Assembly: GCA_027460535.1 (NCBI GenBank)
Contig: JAPZAR010000036.1
Location: forward strand, 69,519-101,518
Length of the DNA stretch: 32,000 nt
Direction of reading: 5' to 3'
Source of the DNA: Candidatus Methanoperedens sp.
GTDB lineage: Archaea > Halobacteriota > Methanosarcinia > Methanosarcinales > Methanoperedenaceae
Shown here: positions 25,228-32,000 of the stretch, piece after piece
How positions within the stretch are numbered: position 1 is the first letter of the stretch
How the letters are laid out: each line of letters begins with the position of its first letter
Position numbers and translations under genes: made by a program
Notes under the pieces: model-generated
What the model saw: the letters and a program-made list of their open reading frames with translations, nothing else
What the model was told of the DNA's origin: nothing
Databases searched by the model: none

Positions 25228-27108
25228 ATGGGACCGGTTAGCGCACATAGATCAATAATAGAATTGCACAATATATTGAACAAAGACAAAGTAACGAACA
25301 CTTTTGATAGAGCAGAAGCCCAGGGAAAACGCTGCTCTTTCTGCGAGCAGGGGATAAGCTGCCAGCTTTGCAGCAACGGCCCGTGCAGGATTAAACCGGG
25401 CGCAGAGAGGGGGGTTTGCGGCATAGATGCAGATGGTATGGCTATGAGGAACCTTATGTTCCTGAATACCATGGGAACAGCAACATATACATTCCATGCA
25501 AAGGAAGTTGCAAAAACACTCAAAGCAACAGCATTGGGAAAAACACCTTTCCAGATCAAGGATGAAGCAAAGCTTCGTGGTCTTGCCGGGAAGCTTGGGA
25601 TAAAAACTGATAAGGTGGGTACCAAAGAAATTGCAATTTCAGTAGCAGATGCAATGATCACTGCAATAAACTCTGATTCAGACAGCGAGCTTTCCAATGT
25701 TCTTCTCTTTGCCCCAAAGTCAAGGATAGAACTATGGAGAAAGCTTGGCATCCTTCCGGGAGGACCGCTTCACGAAGTAATGGATTCCGTATGCAGCACA
25801 ATGACAAATATCGACGGGGATTATGTTTCACTTGCAAAGAAGGCTTTGCGCCTCGGTATTTCCTGCATATACGGCTCTCAGATACCGCTTGAGATGGGAC
25901 AGGACATACTTTTCGGGACTCCCCAGCCCCATGCGGTCAATGTGGACCTCGGGATCATAGACCCCGCCTACGTTAATGTCGCCGCCAACGGTCATGAACC
26001 CTTTATCGGAGCAGCTCTCATCAAAGCTGCCCATGAGGCAAAGAACCAGGAAAATGCAAAGAAGGCGGGCGCTAAAGGCCTGCATATCATTGGTTCTATC
26101 GAGACTGGCCAGGAACTTGTGCAGAGATTCGAGATAGACGATGTATTCGTGGGCATGACCGGTAACTGGTTATCGATCGAGCCAGCGCTTGCAACAGGCG
26201 GCATCGATGTTTTTGCCATGGACATGAACTGCTCGCCTCCGGCAATGGGAGTGTATCAGGAAAAATACAACACCTCCCTTATTTCAGTCTCAAAACTCGT
26301 CAATGTTCCGGGAATGAAAGACCATATTGTATATAAACCGGAAGATTCAGCTGCTCAGGCGCAAAAACTCATAGATATCGCTATTGAGAATTTCAAGAAG
26401 AGAAAAGGAAAAGCCACAAACCCGTCAAGAATTAAGCAGAACGCTGTGATCGGGTTCTCGGCGGAAGCATGCCTCGGGGCGCTTGGCGGCACTCTTGACC
26501 CGCTTCTGGACGTAATAAAAAAGGGAACTTTGAAAGGTGTTGTGGCTCTTGTGAGCTGTACAACGCTGCGAGATAGCGGTCAGGATGTAAATACACTTAA
26601 AATGGCACGCGAACTTATCAAACGGGATATACTGGTCATCAGCGCAGGATGCGGGAATGCTGCCCTTCAGGTGGGAGGACTTACCACGCTTGAGGCAAAG
26701 CAGGAAGCAGGTCCTGGTCTAAAGGCGGTATGTGAATTGCTCAAGATCCCGCCAGTGCTGAGCTTTGGCACTTGCACGGATACCGGAAGAATTATTTCGC
26801 TTGTTACGGCAGTGTCTGATGCTCTCGGCGTTGACCCGTCTGAATTGCCTGTTGCAGTGACAGCTCCTGAGTACATGGAACAGAAGGCAACGATCGATGC
26901 GATATTCGCGCTGGCTTTTGGCCTGTATACACATGTGGCGCCTATGCCGCCGGTGGCAGGAGCTCCCCGTCTTGTGAAACTCTTAACTTCTGACCTCGAA
27001 GGGATAACAGGCGGGAAGATTGCCGTAGAGACGGACATGGTTGACGCGGCAAATGGCATAGAGGCCCATATCATGAAGAAACGGATGGCACTGGGGCTTC
27101 CAGCGTAA
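25228..27108 (+). CDS. cooS: anaerobic Ni,Fe carbon monoxide dehydrogenase catalytic subunit
   Basis: 626 aa. The N-terminal cluster region is CSFCEQGISCQLCSNGPCRI...GVCG. C-cluster ligand contexts are all present: NGHEPF, MDMNCSPP, LVSCTT, SAGCGNAA, FGTCTDTGR, plus APEYMEQKA. There is no signal peptide. Confidence 0.9.
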   Translation: MGPVSAHRSIIELHNILNKDKVTNTFDRAEAQGKRCSFCEQGISCQLCSNGPCRIKPGAERGVCGIDADGMAMRNLMFLNTMGTATYTFHAKEVAKTLKATALGKTPFQIKDEAKLRGLAGKLGIKTDKVGTKEIAISVADAMITAINSDSDSELSNVLLFAPKSRIELWRKLGILPGGPLHEVMDSVCSTMTNIDGDYVSLAKKALRLGISCIYGSQIPLEMGQDILFGTPQPHAVNVDLGIIDPAYVNVAANGHEPFIGAALIKAAHEAKNQENAKKAGAKGLHIIGSIETGQELVQRFEIDDVFVGMTGNWLSIEPALATGGIDVFAMDMNCSPPAMGVYQEKYNTSLISVSKLVNVPGMKDHIVYKPEDSAAQAQKLIDIAIENFKKRKGKATNPSRIKQNAVIGFSAEACLGALGGTLDPLLDVIKKGTLKGVVALVSCTTLRDSGQDVNTLKMARELIKRDILVISAGCGNAALQVGGLTTLEAKQEAGPGLKAVCELLKIPPVLSFGTCTDTGRIISLVTAVSDALGVDPSELPVAVTAPEYMEQKATIDAIFALAFGLYTHVAPMPPVAGAPRLVKLLTSDLEGITGGKIAVETDMVDAANGIEAHIMKKRMALGLPA

Positions 27109-27135
27109 CAGAATCCATCCCAAATAGAAGAAATT

Positions 27136-27168
27136 GGTGCGCCGGACCAGAGCGCACCTTAATTTTAA
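27136..27168 (+). terminator. hairpin plus T-rich tract between cooS and the cytochrome gene
   Basis: GGTGCGC (27136-27142) pairs with GCGCACC (27152-27158) around a 9-nt loop, followed by TTAATTTTAAT. A TATA-like gatatata (about 27174-27181) and an SD-like GGAGGG (27192-27197) follow, ahead of ATG 27205. Confidence 0.35.
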
Positions 27169-27204
27169 TGCGGGGATATATAGTAACGTATGGAGGGTTA
27201 ATAG

Positions 27205-28497
27205 ATGATCAAGCGATTCATTGGAATAGCTATTGTTTTTTTGTTTTTGACAGGATTGTCTGCAGCAGTTGAAAACGCTTGTGTGGGCTGTCATACATCG
27301 GTGGGGGTCACAAAAGGGATAATCAATGACTGGAAAGAGAGCAAACATGCGTTAAAGAATGTGACATGCGATAAATGCCATGGGGCGGAAGAGGGGGATA
27401 AGGACTCATTAAGTCATAATGGTTTTCTGATCACAAAAACGCCATCTCCTAAAGACTGTGCCAAATGCCATCCGGACCAGGTAAATCAATTCGGTGCGGG
27501 GAAACACAGCCTAGGCTGGACGAAGATGGAGGTTGCAGCCCGATATAAGGCAATCCCGAATGATAAAATGCGGGCAAGTATGTGTGAAGGCTGCCATAGC
27601 GTAGGAAAAGTTTATTCTGACGGTTCTACTGGTAAATGCGACTCGTGCCATACGAGGCATGTATTCAGTAAAGTTGAAGCACGCCAGCCCGAAGCATGTG
27701 AGACCTGTCACATGGGACTTGACCATGAACAGATAGAATATTACAAGAAATCAAAACATGGGATGATCCAGGAGACGAACAGAACGAGTTCCCGCGCCCC
27801 GGCTTGTTTTACCTGCCATATGGACGGCGGCACTCATGATGTCAGCCAGGGAATAACCATAGGCACAGTATCGCAGGGAGCGTTCATAAGCAACAAGAGC
27901 AGCGGAAATGATTATGTCAAAGATGGAAACGGCATTGTAATGAGAGCAATAACCCAGGAAGAGTTCGATACTAACAGGGAAAAGATGCTATCTATATGTG
28001 CACGCTGCCATTCCAGGAATTTTGCACAAAATGTTCTTGAAAATGCGGATGAGATAAAGGTCCAGGCTGACAAAAAAGTGGGAGAAGGCATAACAATAAT
28101 CGAAGGACTTTATAAAGATGGCTTGCTTGACCCCATGCCTGAAAACAGGACACCAAATCCCGTTGCGGGGGATAAACTAACTCTCACCGGGCAGCAGACA
28201 TACTCCAATACCTCAGGAATAGAATCGGAATTCTTTGAAATGTATAAATACGCGCTCGTTCATTCCTGGAAAGGGGCGTATCATATGAACCCTGACTATG
28301 CCCACTGGTATGGATGGGCACAGATTAATCTTGACCTTGAAAAAATAAAGTCTGAGAACAGGACATTACGCAGGATAGCAGAGCTTGAAAAAGCTCAAAA
28401 GACAATGGGAGAAGGAACAAAAGCAGCAGCAGGATTCGAAGTTACAATTGCAGCTTTCGGGACAATAGTCTTCTTAATCCTGGTCAGGAAGAAATAA
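27205..28497 (+). CDS. exported octahaem c-type cytochrome, hydroxylamine-oxidoreductase (HAO)-family-like, with C-terminal membrane anchor
   Basis: The signal peptide is MIKRFIGIAIVFLFLTGLSAA. There are eight CxxCH motifs (CVGCH, CDKCH, CAKCH, CEGCH, CDSCH, CETCH, CFTCH, CARCH). The segment GKCDSCHTRHVFSKVEARQPEACETCHMGLDHEQIEYYKKSKHG reads like the HAO-family core. The C-terminal tail is AGFEVTIAAFGTIVFLILVRKK. Confidence 0.85.
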   Translation: MIKRFIGIAIVFLFLTGLSAAVENACVGCHTSVGVTKGIINDWKESKHALKNVTCDKCHGAEEGDKDSLSHNGFLITKTPSPKDCAKCHPDQVNQFGAGKHSLGWTKMEVAARYKAIPNDKMRASMCEGCHSVGKVYSDGSTGKCDSCHTRHVFSKVEARQPEACETCHMGLDHEQIEYYKKSKHGMIQETNRTSSRAPACFTCHMDGGTHDVSQGITIGTVSQGAFISNKSSGNDYVKDGNGIVMRAITQEEFDTNREKMLSICARCHSRNFAQNVLENADEIKVQADKKVGEGITIIEGLYKDGLLDPMPENRTPNPVAGDKLTLTGQQTYSNTSGIESEFFEMYKYALVHSWKGAYHMNPDYAHWYGWAQINLDLEKIKSENRTLRRIAELEKAQKTMGEGTKAAAGFEVTIAAFGTIVFLILVRKK

Positions 28498-28507
28498 CAA
28501 AAAAAAT

Positions 28508-29080
28508 ATGAAAGATATGGAACTTGAAAGTGAGGACATTCAGGCAGCGTTAGAGGAATTGCATCAATATGTTGACATAACTGAAGAAGACCTCAAGAAA
28601 ATTTATGTAATTGCTCTTCGGCATGCAAAAGAAAGGCTCACTCTCAAAGTTCCTGTTAAAGATGTGATGACCGGGAATGCGATATGCATCAGTAAAGATG
28701 CCGATATTCATGAAGCAGCCAGAATCCTTTCAGAAAACAGGATAAGCGGTCTGCCTGTTGTCAATGAAGAAAAGCGGCTGATAGGGATTGTAACAGAAGC
28801 TGATATCCTTTATTCAGCAGGAATGGAAAAAAGCCATAATTTTGGGGATATTTTAAGGAATATTCTTGGTGAGCCACATCCGAAAATCAGGAATGGGAGC
28901 AAGGTCGAAGAGATAATGACTACCAGGGTAATAACAACATCACCTGACAGGGATATCAGGGAAGTGGCAAAGATACTGGATGAGAAAAGGATCAAAAGGC
29001 TTCCCGTTGTGGATAAAAATAATAAGCTTATTGGGATTATTTCAAGGGCTGACATTCTGAGATACCTGGGGAAACAATGA
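28508..29080 (+). CDS. CBS-domain pair protein
   Basis: 190 aa with two CBS repeats (VKDVMTGNAICISKDADIHEAARILSENRISGLPVV...GIVTEADIL and VEEIMTTRVITTSPDRDIREVAKILDEKRIKRLPVV...GIISRADIL). It starts 10 nt after the cytochrome. Confidence 0.85.
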   Translation: MKDMELESEDIQAALEELHQYVDITEEDLKKIYVIALRHAKERLTLKVPVKDVMTGNAICISKDADIHEAARILSENRISGLPVVNEEKRLIGIVTEADILYSAGMEKSHNFGDILRNILGEPHPKIRNGSKVEEIMTTRVITTSPDRDIREVAKILDEKRIKRLPVVDKNNKLIGIISRADILRYLGKQ

Positions 29081-29616
29081 AAGAATATTTCCTGAAAATG
29101 AGAGGTGGTGCCAGAAGCCCTCCGGGGGTTGGTATTTCCGAGGTGATGTGGGCATTTCTCGGTTCTGTCACAGGTATCGGCATATTGGGATATCTTTCAT
29201 CGATGTACTTTGAACCCAGAGATCAGACAATGATAATTGGTTCCTTCGGGGCATCTGCCGTCTTAATTTATTCTGCAATCAAAAGTCCCCTGGCACAGCC
29301 AAGGAACCTTATCGGTGGACATATTCTCTCAGGACTTGCGGGGGTATTATGCTACCAGATATTTGGAAATGTAATATGGGCTGCAGCAGCTCTTGCTGTA
29401 TCATTTTCCATAGTTTTAATGCTTGCCACCAAGACGCTTCACCCGCCGGGAGGTGCAACTGCATTAATAGCAGTAATCGGCGGTGAAAAAATTCACGATC
29501 TTGGCTTTCTCTATGCCTTCCTGCCTGCAGGATTGGGAGCTTTCATTCTTCTTATTGTTGCTCTGTTAGTGAATAATCTTTCAAAAGATAGAAAATATCC
29601 AGAATACTGGTTATAG
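29077..29616 (+). CDS. HPP-family integral membrane protein
   Basis: 179 aa, about 4-5 TM, with the eponymous HPPGGATAL motif. A 4-nt ATGA overlap with the CBS gene indicates translational coupling; CBS and HPP are often fused in other organisms. Confidence 0.85.
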   Translation: MKEYFLKMRGGARSPPGVGISEVMWAFLGSVTGIGILGYLSSMYFEPRDQTMIIGSFGASAVLIYSAIKSPLAQPRNLIGGHILSGLAGVLCYQIFGNVIWAAAALAVSFSIVLMLATKTLHPPGGATALIAVIGGEKIHDLGFLYAFLPAGLGAFILLIVALLVNNLSKDRKYPEYWL

Positions 29617-29724
29617 CGGATTATTAGCCCGCTTTTGGATATCGGAAAAAATGTGACACAGGTAAGCAGAAGGATAATTGGACTCGAAGTAAGAATCAAT
29701 CGTAAGGATATATATTTACCACTT

Positions 29725-30801
29725 TTACTCTCCCAATTCAGGGTAGTCGATATAACCCTTTTCCTCGCCCATGTAAAAGGTCGCAACATCTGCGGAATTC
29801 AGCGGGGCATTTTTCCTGAAGCGCAGAGGTAGGTCTGGATTAGCCAGGAACAGAACTCCGAATGAGATAAGGTCAGCGCCGCCTTTTTCAATTGCTTCGT
29901 TTCCACTGCGGGCATCATAGCCTCCATTCAAAACGAGTGTCCCTTTGAATATCTCACGAATAATGGGAGTCACTCGCGCATCGGGTGCTATTGCACCCAT
30001 CCTGCCACCAACAGGCTCAACCATGTGAAGATACCCGAGCCCGATATTGTTAAGTTCCTCTACAAAGTATGAAAAGGTTTGACGCGGATCAGTATCAGAC
30101 ATTGAATAGGCTGAAAAGTGCGGCGAAATCCTGTATCCGACTCTATTCGCACCCCATACTCCGACTACGGCTTCTGTGACTTCAAGCGGAAGGCGTGCGC
30201 GATTCTGGATGCTTCCGCCGTATTTGTCGCTCCGTCGATTTGAGCCATCCCTCAGGAACTGATCCAGCAGATATCCATTGGCACCGTGGATCTCAACCCC
30301 ATCGAAGTCCGCCTCCTTCGCATTCTGGGCACCTTTTCGAAATTGATCAATAATGCCAGCTATCTCGTCTGGTTCGAGAGCCCTTGGAGTCACGAATTTC
30401 TTTTTGCCCTGTGGTGTATGAACTTCGCCCTCGAATGGAAGTGCAGAAGGTGCTACAGGCACTTCACCTCCCAGGAAGTCGGGATGCGATACTCGTCCCA
30501 CATGCCAGAGTTGAAGGAAAATTTTCCCGCCTGCCTTATGAACGGCGCCAGTCACTTTTTTCCAGCCTGCGACCTGCTCTTCCGAGTGAATTCCAGGCGT
30601 ACGGATGTAACCGACTCCCTGAGGGCTTACCTGCGATCCTTCCGTGATGATCAAACCTGCAGAGGCTCTTTGCGTGTAATAGGTGACGGCTAATGGATTA
30701 GGAACATTGCCAGAGAGTGCACGACAACGGGTCATCGGCGCCATAACCATCCGATTTGATAGTTTGAGATCTCCCAATTTGTACTGGGTTAAAAGATTCA
30801 T
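29725..30801 (-). CDS. Old Yellow Enzyme family NADH:flavin oxidoreductase (alkene/N-ethylmaleimide reductase-like)
   Basis: 358 aa. It reads LSNRMVMAPMTRCRA, LWHVGR, HGANGYLLDQFL, and RSDKYGGS. Confidence 0.9.
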   Translation of the reverse strand: MNLLTQYKLGDLKLSNRMVMAPMTRCRALSGNVPNPLAVTYYTQRASAGLIITEGSQVSPQGVGYIRTPGIHSEEQVAGWKKVTGAVHKAGGKIFLQLWHVGRVSHPDFLGGEVPVAPSALPFEGEVHTPQGKKKFVTPRALEPDEIAGIIDQFRKGAQNAKEADFDGVEIHGANGYLLDQFLRDGSNRRSDKYGGSIQNRARLPLEVTEAVVGVWGANRVGYRISPHFSAYSMSDTDPRQTFSYFVEELNNIGLGYLHMVEPVGGRMGAIAPDARVTPIIREIFKGTLVLNGGYDARSGNEAIEKGGADLISFGVLFLANPDLPLRFRKNAPLNSADVATFYMGEEKGYIDYPELGE

Positions 30802-30919
30802 TATCCTCTCCTCAGGGCAATTATGAATGGCTTCCCTATTAATTTTTGTGATAAAGTGTTAATCGATAACTTATAAATAGAATCGTGCATAACAATAATT
30901 AGATGAAGGGGGTTTATTA

Positions 30920-31291
30920 ATGAAAGTAGAAGAGATCTTAAAAACACTAACAGAAGAGATCGCCAATATGATTTCCACAAAGACGGTTATTGGAGAGCAC
31001 ATTACCATAGAAGGCAGGACAATTATTCCTGTCACTAAAGTGAGTTTTGGCTTTGGAAGCGGTGGAGGTGAAGGTAAAGGAAAAAGCGGAGATGAAGGCT
31101 TTGGAGGGGGCGGAGGTGGAGGTGCTGTGATTCAACCTGTTGCATTTCTTGTCATATCCAAGGAAGATGTGAAAGTATACTCTGTAAAAGATAAGGGTAT
31201 AGTGTCGCAATTGGCAGAAGTTATTCCCGAAATAATAGATAAATGCAGGTCATCCAGGGAAGAAGGTAAAAAAGAAGAAAAGCCAGAATAA
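30920..31291 (+). CDS. GerW/YtfJ-family protein
   Basis: 123 aa. It reads ISTKTVIGEHITIEGRTIIPVTKVSFGFGSGGGEG...GGGGGGGAVIQPVAFLVISKEDVKVY, the characteristic beta-glycine-beta layout of the sporulation protein YtfJ family. Confidence 0.8.
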   Translation: MKVEEILKTLTEEIANMISTKTVIGEHITIEGRTIIPVTKVSFGFGSGGGEGKGKSGDEGFGGGGGGGAVIQPVAFLVISKEDVKVYSVKDKGIVSQLAEVIPEIIDKCRSSREEGKKEEKPE

Positions 31292-31315
31292 GAAAAAAAT
31301 AAAGCTAATTTCCTG

Positions 31316-31921
31316 ATGATTTCTATAATACTGTTAATCATTATTGTATTGGCGATTGCAGCGCTGTTGTTTCCTGTGACGATAGCCATCAATTCAATCA
31401 GGTCGGGACAAAAAATCACAGGAAGCCTTCAGCTTAACTGGACAATATTCATACTCCTATATTCATTGAAGGAAAGGCAACTCGAAATTCTCATATTCGG
31501 AAGACGCATATTCCGTCACCTTGAAAAGAAGAAGCCAACGCCTGAACATCCAAAAAAGCCAGAAAAATTAAAGAGACATTGGGCAATAAAAGATTTTTTT
31601 AATCTGGCAGGTCCGATGTTACAACTTTTAAAAGAACTGGTTTACGCATTTAGATTTAAATATATTCGCTTCGACATCACTTTCGGTCTTAATAATCCTG
31701 CCTGCACCGGTATCCTGACTGGATTTTTACATGCAGTTGGTTTATCGCAAATGGGTAATGTAAGATGGGCTCCTGATTTCACAAGACAAGTAATGGATTG
31801 GAACCTGGAGGCTAAAACGTCGGTCATACCAATCCGATTGTTACCCCCATTCGCAAAATTTATTACCAACAGCCATGTTAATGCCCACCTTCTAACCTTA
31901 CTTGGGCATATTCCAATATGA
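31316..31921 (+). CDS. DUF2953 (YtfI-like) membrane-anchored protein
   Basis: It has an N-terminal TM helix, a basic linker, and a C-terminal block FGLNNPACTGILTGFLHAV resembling the DUF2953 G-x-x-D/N-x-A-x-TG motif. It is adjacent to the GerW/YtfJ homologue, as in Bacillus ytfI-ytfJ. Confidence 0.65.
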   Translation: MISIILLIIIVLAIAALLFPVTIAINSIRSGQKITGSLQLNWTIFILLYSLKERQLEILIFGRRIFRHLEKKKPTPEHPKKPEKLKRHWAIKDFFNLAGPMLQLLKELVYAFRFKYIRFDITFGLNNPACTGILTGFLHAVGLSQMGNVRWAPDFTRQVMDWNLEAKTSVIPIRLLPPFAKFITNSHVNAHLLTLLGHIPI

Positions 31922-32000
31922 TGCCGCTAGCTAATATATTTTATCCACTGTATGCACATTACCACCGCAGCGAAGCTGCGGCGCTGAAGCTAATTTTGAT

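Noticed and set aside
25155-25751. 198-aa minus-strand ORF overlapping the cooS 5' region. Similar long antisense ORFs occur at 8730-9269, 14808-15353, 19498-20067, 21552-22250, 26667-27074 and 11209-11625.
   Set aside because: Each lies entirely antisense to a gene with clear family motifs. Their translations are low-complexity (Ser/Pro/Ala/Ile-rich) with no recognisable motifs. They are shadow ORFs.
31955-31985. Hairpin CCGCAGC-GAA-GCTGCGG near the window end.
   Set aside because: It is a single 7-bp stem at the edge of the window with unknown context. It cannot be distinguished from the start of a downstream feature.
1-32000. CRISPR arrays, rRNA genes, or intact insertion sequences with terminal inverted repeats.
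   Set aside because: Scanning the spacers by eye showed no regularly spaced direct repeats and no rRNA-like conserved blocks. The only transposase-like sequence is the truncated fragment at 16427-16801.

Overview
This 32-kb chromosomal segment looks archaeal and Methanosarcinales-like. The evidence is a fused comDE sulfopyruvate decarboxylase translationally coupled to a threonine-synthase-like cysteate synthase, a type-II methionine aminopeptidase, cbiD/cbiE, KptA, and an AN1-zinc-finger rhomboid. The multihaem cytochrome hints at an ANME-2d/Methanoperedens-type host, but that is inference only. All product calls come from reading motifs in the supplied translations and my own hand translations; no alignment or database search was run, and GC statements are by eye. 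I support about 33 protein genes, one bacterial-type gene remnant (trigger factor N-terminus) abutting a truncated IS5-family transposase fragment, and a few sequence-level regulatory or structural elements. I recognised no rRNA, tRNA or CRISPR array. Most of the window is housekeeping: a two-component system, a map/EamA/radical-SAM operon, coenzyme M and cobamide biosynthesis, mutL, and an amino-acid dehydrogenase with ADP-forming acyl-CoA synthetase. This is interrupted by three visibly AT-richer islets at about 1.7-2.7 kb, 15.5-16.9 kb and 23.3-25.1 kb. The best candidate for an undescribed system is the same-strand string at 25.1-29.6 kb. It comprises a Ni-CODH catalytic subunit (CooS, with a CX2C-type D-cluster motif), an exported HAO-family-like octahaem cytochrome with a PGF-CTERM-like tail, a CBS-pair protein, and an HPP-family (nitrite-transporter family) membrane protein. 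No cooF, cooC, hydrogenase or ACS partners are present in the window. A second oddity is a wHTH regulator and a small membrane protein that share one reading frame. They are separated only by a TAG codon, and both lack a canonical start codon behind a perfect GGAGGA-N6 spacing.
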